Positions 22,250 through 31,811 of a stretch of DNA of 64,000 bases are shown here, piece by piece (the first letter of the stretch is position 1; each line of letters begins with the position of its first letter). The translations under genes were made by a program, and so were the position numbers. This DNA comes from an uncultured Thermoleophilia bacterium (GTDB lineage: Bacteria > Actinomycetota > Thermoleophilia > UBA2241), in the NCBI GenBank assembly GCA_963702475.1, contig CAVPCT010000009.1:64001-128000 (forward strand), read 5' to 3'. The notes below the pieces were generated by a model that was not told the origin of the DNA, did not search any database, and was given only the letters and a program-made list of their open reading frames with translations.

Positions 22250-23962
22250 GTGACCGACTTCCTTACTGTCGACCTGACGACGGGCTCCGCGATCCAGGGA
22301 CCCCTGGATCCCGCGTTCGTGGCGGTGGGGGGCCACGGTCTCACCTCGGCCATCGTGGAGAGGGATGTCGAACCGACGGCCGACCCGCTCGGCCCGGGCA
22401 ACGTCCTGGTTTCGCCGCCGGCGTCTTCGCCGGCACGTCGGTGCCGAACGGTCACCGGCTCTCGGTGGGCGGCAAGAGCCCGCTCACCGGCGGCATCAAG
22501 GAGGCCAACTCGGGCGGCTCGGCGGCGCGCTCGCTCGCGCAGCTCGGCCTGCGCGCGCATGGAGCTCACCGGCTGCGCGGCCGAGCTCAGCGTGCTCGAG
22601 GTGGGCGCGGGCGGGGCGAAGCTGGTGCCCGCGCCCGAGCTCGCCGGCCTCGGCTCCTACGCCACAGTCGACCTGCTGAGGGAGAAGTACGGCGACAAGG
22701 TCTCGTTCATCTGCATCGGCCCGGCCGGAGAGCTGCAGATGAAAGCCGCCGCCGTCATCGTCACCACCGCCGACCACTACCTGCGCGCCGCCGCCCGCGG
22801 CGGCCTCGGCGCCGTGATGGGGTCCAAGAACCTCAAGGCCATCGTCATCGACGGCGCCGGCGGGCCGGGCGTGTCCGTGGCCGACCCGGCGGCGCTCAAG
22901 GATGCCTCCAAGGCCCTCACCACCGGCATCCTCTCGCACCCTGCCATGGCCGCGCTCGAGGCGCTCGGCTCCGCCTTCCTCATCAACGTGACCCAGTCCA
23001 TGGGCTGCCTCGCCACGAAGAACTTCTCCGCCGGTACCTACGAAAACGCGGAGAACATCACCGGCGAGCACATGGTCGAGCTCATGAACGCGCGCCCCAT
23101 GGCCGACCCCAAGCACAGCTGCATGCGCGGCTGCATCATCAACTGCTCGCAGGTGTACACCGACGAGGACGGCACCCCCATCACCTCCGGCCTGGAGTTC
23201 GAGACCATCGGCCTCGTGGGCTCCAACTGCCTCATCGACGACATCGACCAGGTGGCGCGCATCGATCGCCTGTGTGACGACCTCGGGCTCGACACCATGG
23301 ATGTCGGGGCCGCCATGGGCGTGGCGATGGAGGCGGGGCTCCTGGCGTGGGGCGACGGCCAGGGCGCCTACGACATGCTCAGCAAGCTGACCGGCGGCGA
23401 CGAGAACGCCAGGCTGCTGGCCAGCGGCTGCGCCGTCACCGGCAGGGCGCTGGGCGTCTCGCGCGTCCCCGCCGTGAAGGGCCAGAGCTTCGCGGCCTAC
23501 GACCCGCGCGTGCTCAAGGGCACCGGCACGACGTATGCGACGGCCCCACAGGGCGCGGACCACACTTGCGGCAACGCCCTGCCCAGCCCGGCGAACCCGG
23601 CGTACGACCCGGCGTCGCCCGAGGGCCAGGCGCAGATCTCGGAGTTCCTGCAGTGCTACTTCGCGGCGATCGACTCACTCGGCATGTGCCTGTTCGCGAC
23701 GCTCCCGGCCCTCGACATCCCCGAGCTGCAGGGGCTCATGGTCGATGCGGCGCGAGCCGTCACCGGCGAGGACCTGCCCGACGACTTCCTCATCAGCATG
23801 GGCGACACGGTCGTGCGTGGGGAGCGGGAGTTCAATCGCAGGGCGGGGTTCACGGCTGCGGACGACAGGCTCCCGTCGTTCGTGATCGAGGAGGCCGTGC
23901 TGCCGTCGGGCAACCGCTACGACGTGGCGGAGGCCGACATCGACGCCATGTTCGCAGGCTGA
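22250..23962 (+). CDS. aor: Aldehyde:ferredoxin oxidoreductase (W/Mo-pterin AOR family); compensating frameshifts at about 22415-22560
   Basis: GKSPLTGGIKEANSGG (alternate frame), IGPAGE, AARGGLGAVMGSKNLKAI, CMRGCIINC, EFET, DDLGLDT, GADHT and DDRLP motifs. Confidence 0.92.
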   Translation: MTDFLTVDLTTGSAIQGPLDPAFVAVGGHGLTSAIVERDVEPTADPLGPGNVLVSPPASSPARRCRTVTGSRWAARARSPAASRRPTRAARRRARSRSSACARMELTGCAAELSVLEVGAGGAKLVPAPELAGLGSYATVDLLREKYGDKVSFICIGPAGELQMKAAAVIVTTADHYLRAAARGGLGAVMGSKNLKAIVIDGAGGPGVSVADPAALKDASKALTTGILSHPAMAALEALGSAFLINVTQSMGCLATKNFSAGTYENAENITGEHMVELMNARPMADPKHSCMRGCIINCSQVYTDEDGTPITSGLEFETIGLVGSNCLIDDIDQVARIDRLCDDLGLDTMDVGAAMGVAMEAGLLAWGDGQGAYDMLSKLTGGDENARLLASGCAVTGRALGVSRVPAVKGQSFAAYDPRVLKGTGTTYATAPQGADHTCGNALPSPANPAYDPASPEGQAQISEFLQCYFAAIDSLGMCLFATLPALDIPELQGLMVDAARAVTGEDLPDDFLISMGDTVVRGEREFNRRAGFTAADDRLPSFVIEEAVLPSGNRYDVAEADIDAMFAG

Positions 23963-23980
23963 GGGAGGGGAGCCGTCCCG

Positions 23981-24823
23981 ATGCCACAGGAGACCCGGTC
24001 CGCTGCGAAGAAGCGCCAGACGGCGGACGGCGTCAACAGCTCCGAGCGCGGCGACGCCTTCGTGGTCCGGGCGCTCGCCAAGGGGCTCGGCATGCTGGGT
24101 CTCTTCGACGCCGTCCACCGCGAGTGGACGCTGGACGAGATGGTCGCCGAGCTTCAGCTGCCGCGCATGACCGGGTACCGCATGGCACGCACGCTGCAGA
24201 GCGCCGGCTATCTGGTGACCGACCGCACCAGCGGCCGCTACCGGCTCGGGCCGGCACTGCTGGCGTCGACCTACCTGTCCGAGGGGTACGCCGAGCTGGT
24301 CACCATCGCCCGTCCGTACATGGAGGCGCTGGTGGCCGAGACCGGTGAGTCGGCCACGCTGGCGGTCGATGTGGACGGGGTCGCGGTGTGCGTCGACATG
24401 GTCGACTCCCCGCGTCCGCACAAGCGCGAGGTCGCCGTGGGCCGCGTCATCGGTGACACGGCCAACGCCCACGGCAAGATGTTCGCGGCCTCGCTGCCGG
24501 ACGAGGAGCGGGCGCGCGTTGTGGCCACGCCTCACGCGCGCCTCACGCCCCGTACCATCACCGACCCCGACGAGCTGGCGGCCGAGCTGGAGCGCGCCCG
24601 TCGCGAGGGCGTGGCTCTCGACCTGGAGGAGCGCAACGTGGGTACCTGCGCAGTCGCGGCGCCCGTCTGCGACCAGGTCGGACGGGTCATAGGGAGCATC
24701 GGGGTGGTCGTCCCGACCGGCCGCTTCGGGCCACCCGAGCGGGAGGCGTGCATCGAGGCCGTGAAGAGAAGTGCCGCGGAGCTCTCGGCGTATCTGGGAT
24801 ACGCCGGCAGCACGCGCCGCTAG
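23981..24823 (+). CDS. IclR family transcriptional regulator, paralogue 1
   Basis: VRALAKGLGML HTH, GRYRLGP, TGESATL, HGK, TPRTITDP and AVAAPV motifs. Confidence 0.93.
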   Translation: MPQETRSAAKKRQTADGVNSSERGDAFVVRALAKGLGMLGLFDAVHREWTLDEMVAELQLPRMTGYRMARTLQSAGYLVTDRTSGRYRLGPALLASTYLSEGYAELVTIARPYMEALVAETGESATLAVDVDGVAVCVDMVDSPRPHKREVAVGRVIGDTANAHGKMFAASLPDEERARVVATPHARLTPRTITDPDELAAELERARREGVALDLEERNVGTCAVAAPVCDQVGRVIGSIGVVVPTGRFGPPEREACIEAVKRSAAELSAYLGYAGSTRR

Positions 24824-24876
24824 ACAGGCGCGACGGGCAGAGCGAGCGGCGCGCCGCGAGGGCACGGCCCAGTGAG

Positions 24877-24931
24877 CGTACGTGCGACGGCGGCCGGGGG
24901 CGCAGCGCCTCCGGCCGCCGTCGCACGTACG
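24877..24931. terminator. Long GC-rich hairpin (about 27-bp arms)
   Basis: CGTACGTGCGACGGCGGCCGGGGGCGC and GCGCCTCCGGCCGCCGTCGCACGTACG pair with one G-T mismatch; lies after IclR1; no U-tract. Confidence 0.6.
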
Positions 24932-25023
24932 GCCCGCCGTCCGGGCTTGTTCCGCGCGATGGCGAGGGCGGCCCGTTCCCACTTGAACTGAGGCTCCCGA
25001 TGCCCTAGGCTCAGGTCTGCAAA

Positions 25024-25045
25024 AAGTGATATGTGAATACCATTA
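25024..25045 (+). promoter_or_regulatory. Operator-like site AAGTGATAT-GTGA-ATACCATTA overlapping -10 TACCAT
   Basis: Same left arm and spacing as 22155-22180; upstream of the SDR operon. Confidence 0.6.
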
Positions 25046-25170
25046 GGAGCTCACCGCGCGTGCCACCAGCGAAGGGAACGTAGCGGCGATCGGAGCCGGG
25101 ACGATGGGTCCGGCGCGGGCGATCCTCGGCATCACCAGGACATGACAGAGATGGAAGGGACACGCTGACC

Positions 25171-25941
25171 ATGGAAGACATCTTCTCGCTGAAGGGCAGG
25201 AACGCCGTGGTCCTCGGGGCCGGCGGCATGGGCACGGCCATCGCCGCCGGGCTACTCCGCTACGGCGCCCGGCTCGAGATGGCCGACCGCGATGCGGCGG
25301 GTCTGGAGCGGAGCGTCAACGCCCTCGCCAAAGCGGGGCACGGCGCTGTCTTCACCCACGAGGTGGACGCCACCGACGAGGACAGCATGCAGGGGCTCGT
25401 CGACAAGACGGTGGGGAACATGGGCAGCGTCGACATCCTCGTCAACGCCCTGGGTTACAACTTCAAGGCGCACGCCACCGAGTACCCCATGGACGAGTGG
25501 GACAAGCTGTTCGCCGTCAACGTCAAGGCCGTGATGATGGCCTGCAAGCTGTTCGGCGCGCACATGATCCAGCAGGGTGGCGGCAAGATCATCAACCTCT
25601 CGTCGGTGCGCGACGACCGCGGCGCCCTCGGCGGCAACGCCGGGTACTGCGCCACCAAGGGCGCCGTCAAGATGATCACCAAGCAGCTCGGCGTCGAGTT
25701 GGCGCCGTACAAGGTCTACGTCAATGCGCTGGGTCCGATCATCACGAGGACGCCGATGACGGCCGAGCGCATCAAGCAGGACTCCTCGCGGTACGAGCGC
25801 ATGTTGCTCAACGTGCCGATGGGCCGCATGGCCGACGTCGAGGACCTTGTCGGCCCGGCCGTGTTCCTGGCCTCGTCGGCCTCCGACTTCATCACCGGCA
25901 CCGTCCTGTACGTCGACGGCGGGATGATGGCCTACGCGTGA
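25171..25941 (+). CDS. SDR family NAD(P)-dependent oxidoreductase
   Basis: GAGGMG Rossmann motif, DILVN, NLSS, YCATK, VDGG. Confidence 0.93.
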   Translation: MEDIFSLKGRNAVVLGAGGMGTAIAAGLLRYGARLEMADRDAAGLERSVNALAKAGHGAVFTHEVDATDEDSMQGLVDKTVGNMGSVDILVNALGYNFKAHATEYPMDEWDKLFAVNVKAVMMACKLFGAHMIQQGGGKIINLSSVRDDRGALGGNAGYCATKGAVKMITKQLGVELAPYKVYVNALGPIITRTPMTAERIKQDSSRYERMLLNVPMGRMADVEDLVGPAVFLASSASDFITGTVLYVDGGMMAYA

Positions 25942-25942
25942 G

Positions 25943-27205
25943 ATGAGGGATCACGCCGGCAGAGAAGCCGCCGCAGGCGAGCTCTCGTGCGGTGCGGCGC
26001 AGCGGCACCGCACATCTGACGTCGTCATCGTCTCGGCCGTGCGCACGGCGCTCGGCCGCATCGGCGGCTCGCTCAGGGACGTCCAACCCGAGGAGCTCGG
26101 GCGGATCGTCATCGAGGAGGCGGTCAAGCGCGCCGGCGTACGACCGGCCGAGGTGGACGAGGTGATCCTCGGCCAGACCAAACAGAGTGCCGACGCCGCC
26201 AATCTGGCGCGGGTGGCGGCGCTCAAGGCCGGCTTGCCCGTCGAGGTGCCGGCCTACACGGTCATGCGCCAGTGCGGCTCCGGCCTGCAGGCGGTGCACA
26301 ACGCCGTGCAGGCCATCTGGTGCGGCGAAACTGAGGTCGTGGTCGCCGGAGGGGTCGAGAGCATGAGCCTGGCGCCGTACTACCTGCGCGGCGCCCGCTT
26401 CGGCTTCGGCGCCGGCAACAGCGTCGTCGTCGACTCCAACACCGAGAGCCAGCAGCGCTCGCAGCCGTACGAGGTGTACGGCGACCTCACGATGGGCCTG
26501 ACGGCGGAGAACCTCGCGGAGAAGTACGACATCCCGCGCGAGGCGCAGGACGCGTACGCCCTGCGCAGCCAGGAGCGCGCCTTCGCGGCCATCGAGGGCG
26601 GGCGGTTCCGGGACGAGATCGTCCCGGTGCAGCTCCCCGCCCACAAGGGGCCGCCCCAGGTATTCGATACCGACGAGTTCCCGCGCCGCACCAGTCTGGA
26701 GCAGCTGGCGGCGCTCGCGCCGGCGTTCAAGGAGGGCGGCACCGTGACGGCCGGCAACTCGTCCGGCCGCAACGACGGCGCCGCCTGCCTGGTGCTCATG
26801 CCGGCCGCGACGGCGCGCGAGCGCGGCCTCGAGCCGCTGGCCACCGTGCGCGCGCAGGCCGTGGCCGCCGTCGACCCGCGGTTCATGGGCATCGGGCCGG
26901 TCCCGGCAGCGCGCACGGCGCTGCAGAAGGCCGGCCTCAACTTCGCCGACGTCGGCCTCATCGAGGTCAACGAGGCCTTCGCCGCGCAGACGCTCGCGGT
27001 CGTGCGTGAGCTCGGCCTCGACCAGGACATCACCAACGTCAACGGCGGCGCCATCGCCCTGGGGCACCCCCTGGGCTGCTCCGGCGCCCGCATCCTCACC
27101 ACCCTGCTGTACGAGATGCGCAGGCGCGGCACGCGGTACGGCCTCGCGAGCATCTGCATCGCCGGCGGCCAGGGTATGGCCACCATCGTGGAGGCCGCCG
27201 GCTGA
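25943..27205 (+). CDS. Acetyl-CoA C-acyltransferase (classical thiolase)
   Basis: RQCGSG, VTAGNSSGRNDGAA, NEAFA, GHPLGCSG and CIAGGQG motifs. Confidence 0.95.
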   Translation: MRDHAGREAAAGELSCGAAQRHRTSDVVIVSAVRTALGRIGGSLRDVQPEELGRIVIEEAVKRAGVRPAEVDEVILGQTKQSADAANLARVAALKAGLPVEVPAYTVMRQCGSGLQAVHNAVQAIWCGETEVVVAGGVESMSLAPYYLRGARFGFGAGNSVVVDSNTESQQRSQPYEVYGDLTMGLTAENLAEKYDIPREAQDAYALRSQERAFAAIEGGRFRDEIVPVQLPAHKGPPQVFDTDEFPRRTSLEQLAALAPAFKEGGTVTAGNSSGRNDGAACLVLMPAATARERGLEPLATVRAQAVAAVDPRFMGIGPVPAARTALQKAGLNFADVGLIEVNEAFAAQTLAVVRELGLDQDITNVNGGAIALGHPLGCSGARILTTLLYEMRRRGTRYGLASICIAGGQGMATIVEAAG

Positions 27206-27261
27206 CCGCGGCCTTCACCGCCGGGAGTCACAGCCTCCCCGTCCCAAGGAGAGTGAACCAG

Positions 27262-28101
27262 ATGATCGGAACGATGAAGGAGAGAGAGGGTCTCACGGCC
27301 GGTGTCGTGACCGACCCGTACACCGGACTCGAGCTCTACGAGCTCAGCCACGTGTGGGGCCACGGTGTGCCGTCGGAGCCGGGCCAGACCGACGTGCGCA
27401 TGGTGCGCGCCGTCAAGCACGCCCAGCACGGCGTGCTGGCCTGGCGCGTCACCACGAGCCTGCACACCGGTACGCACATGAACGCGCCCATCCATCTCGT
27501 CCAGAAGGGCGCCGACCTGGCCGCCGTGTCGCCGGACCGCCTGTTCGGCAACGGCGCCGTGATCGACGTCCCCAAGCAGGCCTGGGAGCTCGTCACGGCC
27601 GCCGACCTCGAGGCCGCCTCGCCGGCCGTGAAGGACGGCGACGTCATCGTCGTCGTCACCGGCTGGCACCACAGGTACTCCGACGGCCTCGAGTACTACG
27701 GCCAGGCGCCGGGCCTCACGAAGGACGCCGCCGAGTGGCTTATCGCGAAGAACCCGAAGTTCGTGGCCGTGGACACGCCCTTCGTGGACGCCCCGCTGGC
27801 GACCCACATGGGTCCGCACCGCGGCGGCCCGCAGATGAAGCGCCTCGCGCCCGAGTACGCCGCCGCGACCGGCGGCGACGCCAAGAAGGACTTCCCCGAG
27901 CTGTACCCGGCCCACAGGACCATCCTCGCCGCCGGCATCCCGACGGTCGAGCAGGTCGGCGGCGACGTCGACCTCGTCAAGGGCAAGCGCGCGACCCTCG
28001 CCGCCACGCCCTGGAAGTTCGAGCACGGTGACGCCTGCCCCGTGCGCCTGGTCGCCATGATCGACCCGTCCGGCACCTGCCGTATCGGCGCCGGCGCGTG
28101 A
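27262..28101 (+). CDS. Cyclase family metallohydrolase (kynurenine formamidase/isatin hydrolase-like), copy A
   Basis: HTGTHMNAPIH, TGWH, PGL, VAVDTP, AH..IL...VEQV and CPVR motifs; start may be 27253-27274. Confidence 0.87.
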   Translation: MIGTMKEREGLTAGVVTDPYTGLELYELSHVWGHGVPSEPGQTDVRMVRAVKHAQHGVLAWRVTTSLHTGTHMNAPIHLVQKGADLAAVSPDRLFGNGAVIDVPKQAWELVTAADLEAASPAVKDGDVIVVVTGWHHRYSDGLEYYGQAPGLTKDAAEWLIAKNPKFVAVDTPFVDAPLATHMGPHRGGPQMKRLAPEYAAATGGDAKKDFPELYPAHRTILAAGIPTVEQVGGDVDLVKGKRATLAATPWKFEHGDACPVRLVAMIDPSGTCRIGAGA

Positions 28102-28130
28102 CGGCCGCGGACGAGAAGGGACACGACACG

Positions 28131-28913
28131 ATGAGCCTCAAGGTCTACAACCTGAGCCACACGTTCACGCAGTTCATCCCGGAGTGGCCGTCCACGCCGA
28201 GCGTCAACGTGAAGGTGAGCAAGTTCCACGCCAAGGACGGCGTCTACGAGGTGGAGTGGGAAGGCATCATGCACCGCTGCACGCACATGGACGCCCCCCT
28301 GCACGTCACCGAGAACACCCCCAGCATCGGCGACTACCCGCTGTGGCGCCTGTTCGGCACCGGCGTGTGCGTCGACATCCCCAAGGAGAAGTGGGGCGTG
28401 ATCACGCCCGAAGACCTGGAGAACGCGACGCCCGCGATCCAGGAGGGCGACATCGTCATGATCAACACCGGCTTCCACCGCCTGTGGGCCGACACCGACG
28501 AGTACTTCGCCTACGGCTGCGGCATGGGCGCCGCGGGCGCCCAGTGGCTCGTGGACAAGAAGGTCAAGATGGTCGGTTACGGCCACCAGGCCAACGACCA
28601 CCCGATCGCCACGAAGCTCGTCGACCACGGTCTCGGGCCGTCACAGCCGCACCTCATCGACGAGTACAAGGCCGAGACCGGCCGTGACCCCAAGGAGGAC
28701 TTCCCGAGCTGGGAGCCGGCGCACAAGATCCTCATGTGCCAGGGCGGCATCCCGGGTATCGAGAACGTCGGCGGCGACCTCGACGAGGTCACCGGCAAGC
28801 GTTGCACCATCATGGCCTTCCCCTGGCGCTGGCCCGGCGGCGACGGCTGCATGGTGCGTATCCTCGCGGTGATCGACCCCGACCAGACCTTCCGTTTCGA
28901 GAGTGGGAAGTGA
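28131..28913 (+). CDS. Cyclase family metallohydrolase, copy B
   Basis: HRCTHMDAPLH, NTGFH, AHKIL, IENV and GDGCMVR motifs. Confidence 0.88.
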   Translation: MSLKVYNLSHTFTQFIPEWPSTPSVNVKVSKFHAKDGVYEVEWEGIMHRCTHMDAPLHVTENTPSIGDYPLWRLFGTGVCVDIPKEKWGVITPEDLENATPAIQEGDIVMINTGFHRLWADTDEYFAYGCGMGAAGAQWLVDKKVKMVGYGHQANDHPIATKLVDHGLGPSQPHLIDEYKAETGRDPKEDFPSWEPAHKILMCQGGIPGIENVGGDLDEVTGKRCTIMAFPWRWPGGDGCMVRILAVIDPDQTFRFESGK

Positions 28914-28914
28914 C

Positions 28915-30126
28915 ATGAGCGACATCCTGAACGGCGTCAGAGTCATCGAGATGGGGCACGTCGTGGCCGTGCCCGCGGCCTCGTCCATGATGGGCGACTG
29001 CGGCGCCGACGTGATCAAGATCGAGCCCCTCACCGGCGACCAGTCCCGCACCTTCCGCGGCACCGACATCAACCCTGGTTTCTACCTGCACAACCGCAGC
29101 AAGAAGAGCATCGCCATCGATCTGCGGCAGCAGGCGGGCAAGGACATCGTCTACAAGATGGTCGCCGACCACGACGTGTTCCTGACCAACTACCAGGCCG
29201 GCTCGCTCGGGCGCCTCGGGCTCGACTACGAGACCCTGGTGGGCTACAAGGCCGACCTCATCTACGGCATCGTCTCCGCCTACGGCACCGTGGGCCCCGA
29301 CAAGGACATGCCCGGGTACGACTTCGCCGCCGGCTGGGCGCGGTCCGGCATCCAGGACATGCTCAGCGCGCCCGGCAAGCAGCCGCCGGCCTCCCGGCCC
29401 GGCATCATCGACCGCGTGTCGAGCATGCAGATCTTCGGCGGCATGTGCGCGGCGCTCTACCACCGCGAGCACACCGGCGAGGGCCAGAAGGTCGAGTTCA
29501 ACCTGTACCACACCGGCGTGTGGATGGTCGGCGCCGACATCATGGACGCGCTCATGGGGCTGCCGCTGCGGCGCATCGACCCCGAGAAGTCCGACAACCC
29601 GTTCTACGACGTGTACCAGTGCAAGGACGGGCGCTGGCTGCAGCTCACGGCCGCCGACCGCTACGCCAAGGCGCACGACCCGGTCGGGGCCAAGTTCTGG
29701 CAGTCGTTCTGCCGCGTGCTCGACCGTCCGGACCTGGCCGAGGACCCGCGCTTCGCCACCACCGACATGCGCCAGCAGCACCGCAACGTGCTCTCGCCGA
29801 TCATCAACGAGGCCTTTCTGCAGCGCACCTACGCGGAGTGGGAGGAGCGCCTGCGCGCCGAGAGCCTCATGTACGGACCCATCCTCACGCCCGAGCAGGT
29901 CATCGAGGACCCGCAGGCCGAGGCCAACGACTTCTTCGTGGAGGTCGATCAGCCCGGCGTCGGCACGTTCCGCACCATCAACTCGCCCTACAAGTTCGTC
30001 CAGAACCCCGCCTACATCCACTCGCTCACGCCCGGTCTCGGCGAGCAGACCGACGAGATCCTCCACGATCTGGGCTACCGCGACGGGGATATCACAGAGC
30101 TGCGGGAGGCCAAGGTCATCGTCTGA
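28915..30126 (+). CDS. Class III CoA-transferase (CaiB/BaiF family)
   Basis: GADVIKIEP, NRSKKSIAIDL, RLGLDY, PGYD, catalytic-Asp region GIIDR, PGLGEQT. Confidence 0.93.
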   Translation: MSDILNGVRVIEMGHVVAVPAASSMMGDCGADVIKIEPLTGDQSRTFRGTDINPGFYLHNRSKKSIAIDLRQQAGKDIVYKMVADHDVFLTNYQAGSLGRLGLDYETLVGYKADLIYGIVSAYGTVGPDKDMPGYDFAAGWARSGIQDMLSAPGKQPPASRPGIIDRVSSMQIFGGMCAALYHREHTGEGQKVEFNLYHTGVWMVGADIMDALMGLPLRRIDPEKSDNPFYDVYQCKDGRWLQLTAADRYAKAHDPVGAKFWQSFCRVLDRPDLAEDPRFATTDMRQQHRNVLSPIINEAFLQRTYAEWEERLRAESLMYGPILTPEQVIEDPQAEANDFFVEVDQPGVGTFRTINSPYKFVQNPAYIHSLTPGLGEQTDEILHDLGYRDGDITELREAKVIV

Positions 30127-30159
30127 CCGGGGCACGCAGCCGTACCTAAGGAGCCAAGC

Positions 30160-30609
30160 ATGTCAGACGCAGAAGCCGGCGGACCCAGGCGGGTGCTGCT
30201 CGGTGACGGGCTGTTCACGCCGACCGAACCGGGCGAGGACGGCCAGATCATCGCGACGCACTGCAAGAGCTGCGGCGACTACTTCTTTCCGCGCAGCTTC
30301 ACCTGCCACAACCCCGACTGTGTGGAGCGTGACGTCGAGGACGTCGCCCTCAGCGGCACCGGTGTGGTCGACACCTACTCCGACATGAGCTACCCGCCGC
30401 CGCCGCCGTTCGTGGTGAAGAAGGAGGACTGGGTCCCGACGCCGGTCGTCTCGGTGAAGATGCCGGAGGGCATCCACATCATCGGCATGATGGACGACTG
30501 CACGCCCGAAGAGGTCTCCATCGGCATGGTGGTCCAGACCGTCATCCGTGTGCTCTACACCAACAAGAACGGCGAAGAGCTCGTCGGCTGGAAGTTCAGG
30601 AAGGTGTGA
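30160..30609 (+). CDS. DUF35 Zn-ribbon/OB-fold protein (thiolase partner)
   Basis: CKSC...FFP...CHNPDC zinc ribbon followed by an OB-fold; overlaps the downstream thiolase. Confidence 0.88.
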   Translation: MSDAEAGGPRRVLLGDGLFTPTEPGEDGQIIATHCKSCGDYFFPRSFTCHNPDCVERDVEDVALSGTGVVDTYSDMSYPPPPPFVVKKEDWVPTPVVSVKMPEGIHIIGMMDDCTPEEVSIGMVVQTVIRVLYTNKNGEELVGWKFRKV

Positions 30610-31799
30610 CAGTGGACGACATCGCCATCATCGGAGTAGGCCTGCACCCCTGGGGCAAGTTCCCCGAGAAGTTCTGGACCAACATGGCGTCCGACGCCAT
30701 CAACGACGCCCTCAAAGACGCCGGCATCACCTGGAAGGACATCCAGATCGTGGTCTCCGGCTCGCAGAACTGGGGCGGCCGCAAAGGCATCTACGCCGGC
30801 TCGTACATCGACGAAGTGATGGGCTACACCGGCGTGCCCACCATGAACATCAACAACGCCTGCGCCACCGGCGGCACCTGCATCGCCGTGGCCGCCGCCA
30901 TGGTGGCCTCCGGCCAGGCCGACGTGGTGCTGGCCGTGGCCGCCGACAAGTCGGCCAAGGGCTTCTTCCCGTTCCTGCCGCCGTACCACGAGGAGCCGGT
31001 GCCGGCCGACGACACCATGCGCTGGCTCATGGGCATGCCCAACCCCGTGTACTGGGCGCTCGAGTGCCGCAAGAAGATGGACAGGTTCGGTATCACCGAC
31101 GAGGACCTGGCCGGGGTCAAGGTCGCGACCAGCAAGCACGGCTCCCTCAACCCGGCGGCGCGCTACAAGAAGGAGTTCACCCTCGAGGAGGTGCTCGCCT
31201 CGCCGATGGTGTGCAACCCGCTGCGCCTGTTCGAGATCTGCGCCACCAGCGACGGCGCCGGCGCCGTGATCCTCTGCAACGCCAAGAAAGCGAAGCAGTA
31301 CACGAGCAAGCCCATCTCCATCGTGGGCTCCGGCCTCGGCAGCCCGCTGTACGGCGACCCGACCACCCGGATCCCCGTGCTCGGCTTCCAGCCCAAGGAG
31401 GGCATGCCGATCATCAGCGAGAGCTACGTGGCCGCCAGGGCCGCCTTCGCCGACGCCGGCATGGGCCCCGAGGACATCGACTTCGTCGAGGTCCCGGACA
31501 ACAGCTCGTGGCACTACTTCCAATACCTCGAGACCATGGGTTTCTTCGAGGAGGGCACCGCCCACCTTGCTCTGCGGAACGGCGACACCGTGATCGGCGG
31601 CAAGCTGCCGGTGTGCCCCAGCGGCGGCTTCTCGAGCTTTGGCGAAGCCACCATGGCCCAGGGCTTCGCCCAGGTGTACGAGATGGTGCTGCAGCTGCGC
31701 GGCCAGTGCGGCGCACGGCAGGTCGAGGGTGCCAAGGTCGGTATGTCCGAGGTCTACGGCATGGCCGGCAACAACGCCGCCCTGATCCTGAAGAGCTGA
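30606..31799 (+). CDS. SCP2-type thiolase / lipid-transfer-like protein
   Basis: GVGLHPWGK, NNACATG, NPAARY, SDGAGA, CPSGG..SFGE and QLRGQCGARQV motifs. Confidence 0.9.
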   Translation: MTVDDIAIIGVGLHPWGKFPEKFWTNMASDAINDALKDAGITWKDIQIVVSGSQNWGGRKGIYAGSYIDEVMGYTGVPTMNINNACATGGTCIAVAAAMVASGQADVVLAVAADKSAKGFFPFLPPYHEEPVPADDTMRWLMGMPNPVYWALECRKKMDRFGITDEDLAGVKVATSKHGSLNPAARYKKEFTLEEVLASPMVCNPLRLFEICATSDGAGAVILCNAKKAKQYTSKPISIVGSGLGSPLYGDPTTRIPVLGFQPKEGMPIISESYVAARAAFADAGMGPEDIDFVEVPDNSSWHYFQYLETMGFFEEGTAHLALRNGDTVIGGKLPVCPSGGFSSFGEATMAQGFAQVYEMVLQLRGQCGARQVEGAKVGMSEVYGMAGNNAALILKS

Positions 31800-31811
31800 C
31801 GAGGAGGGCCC

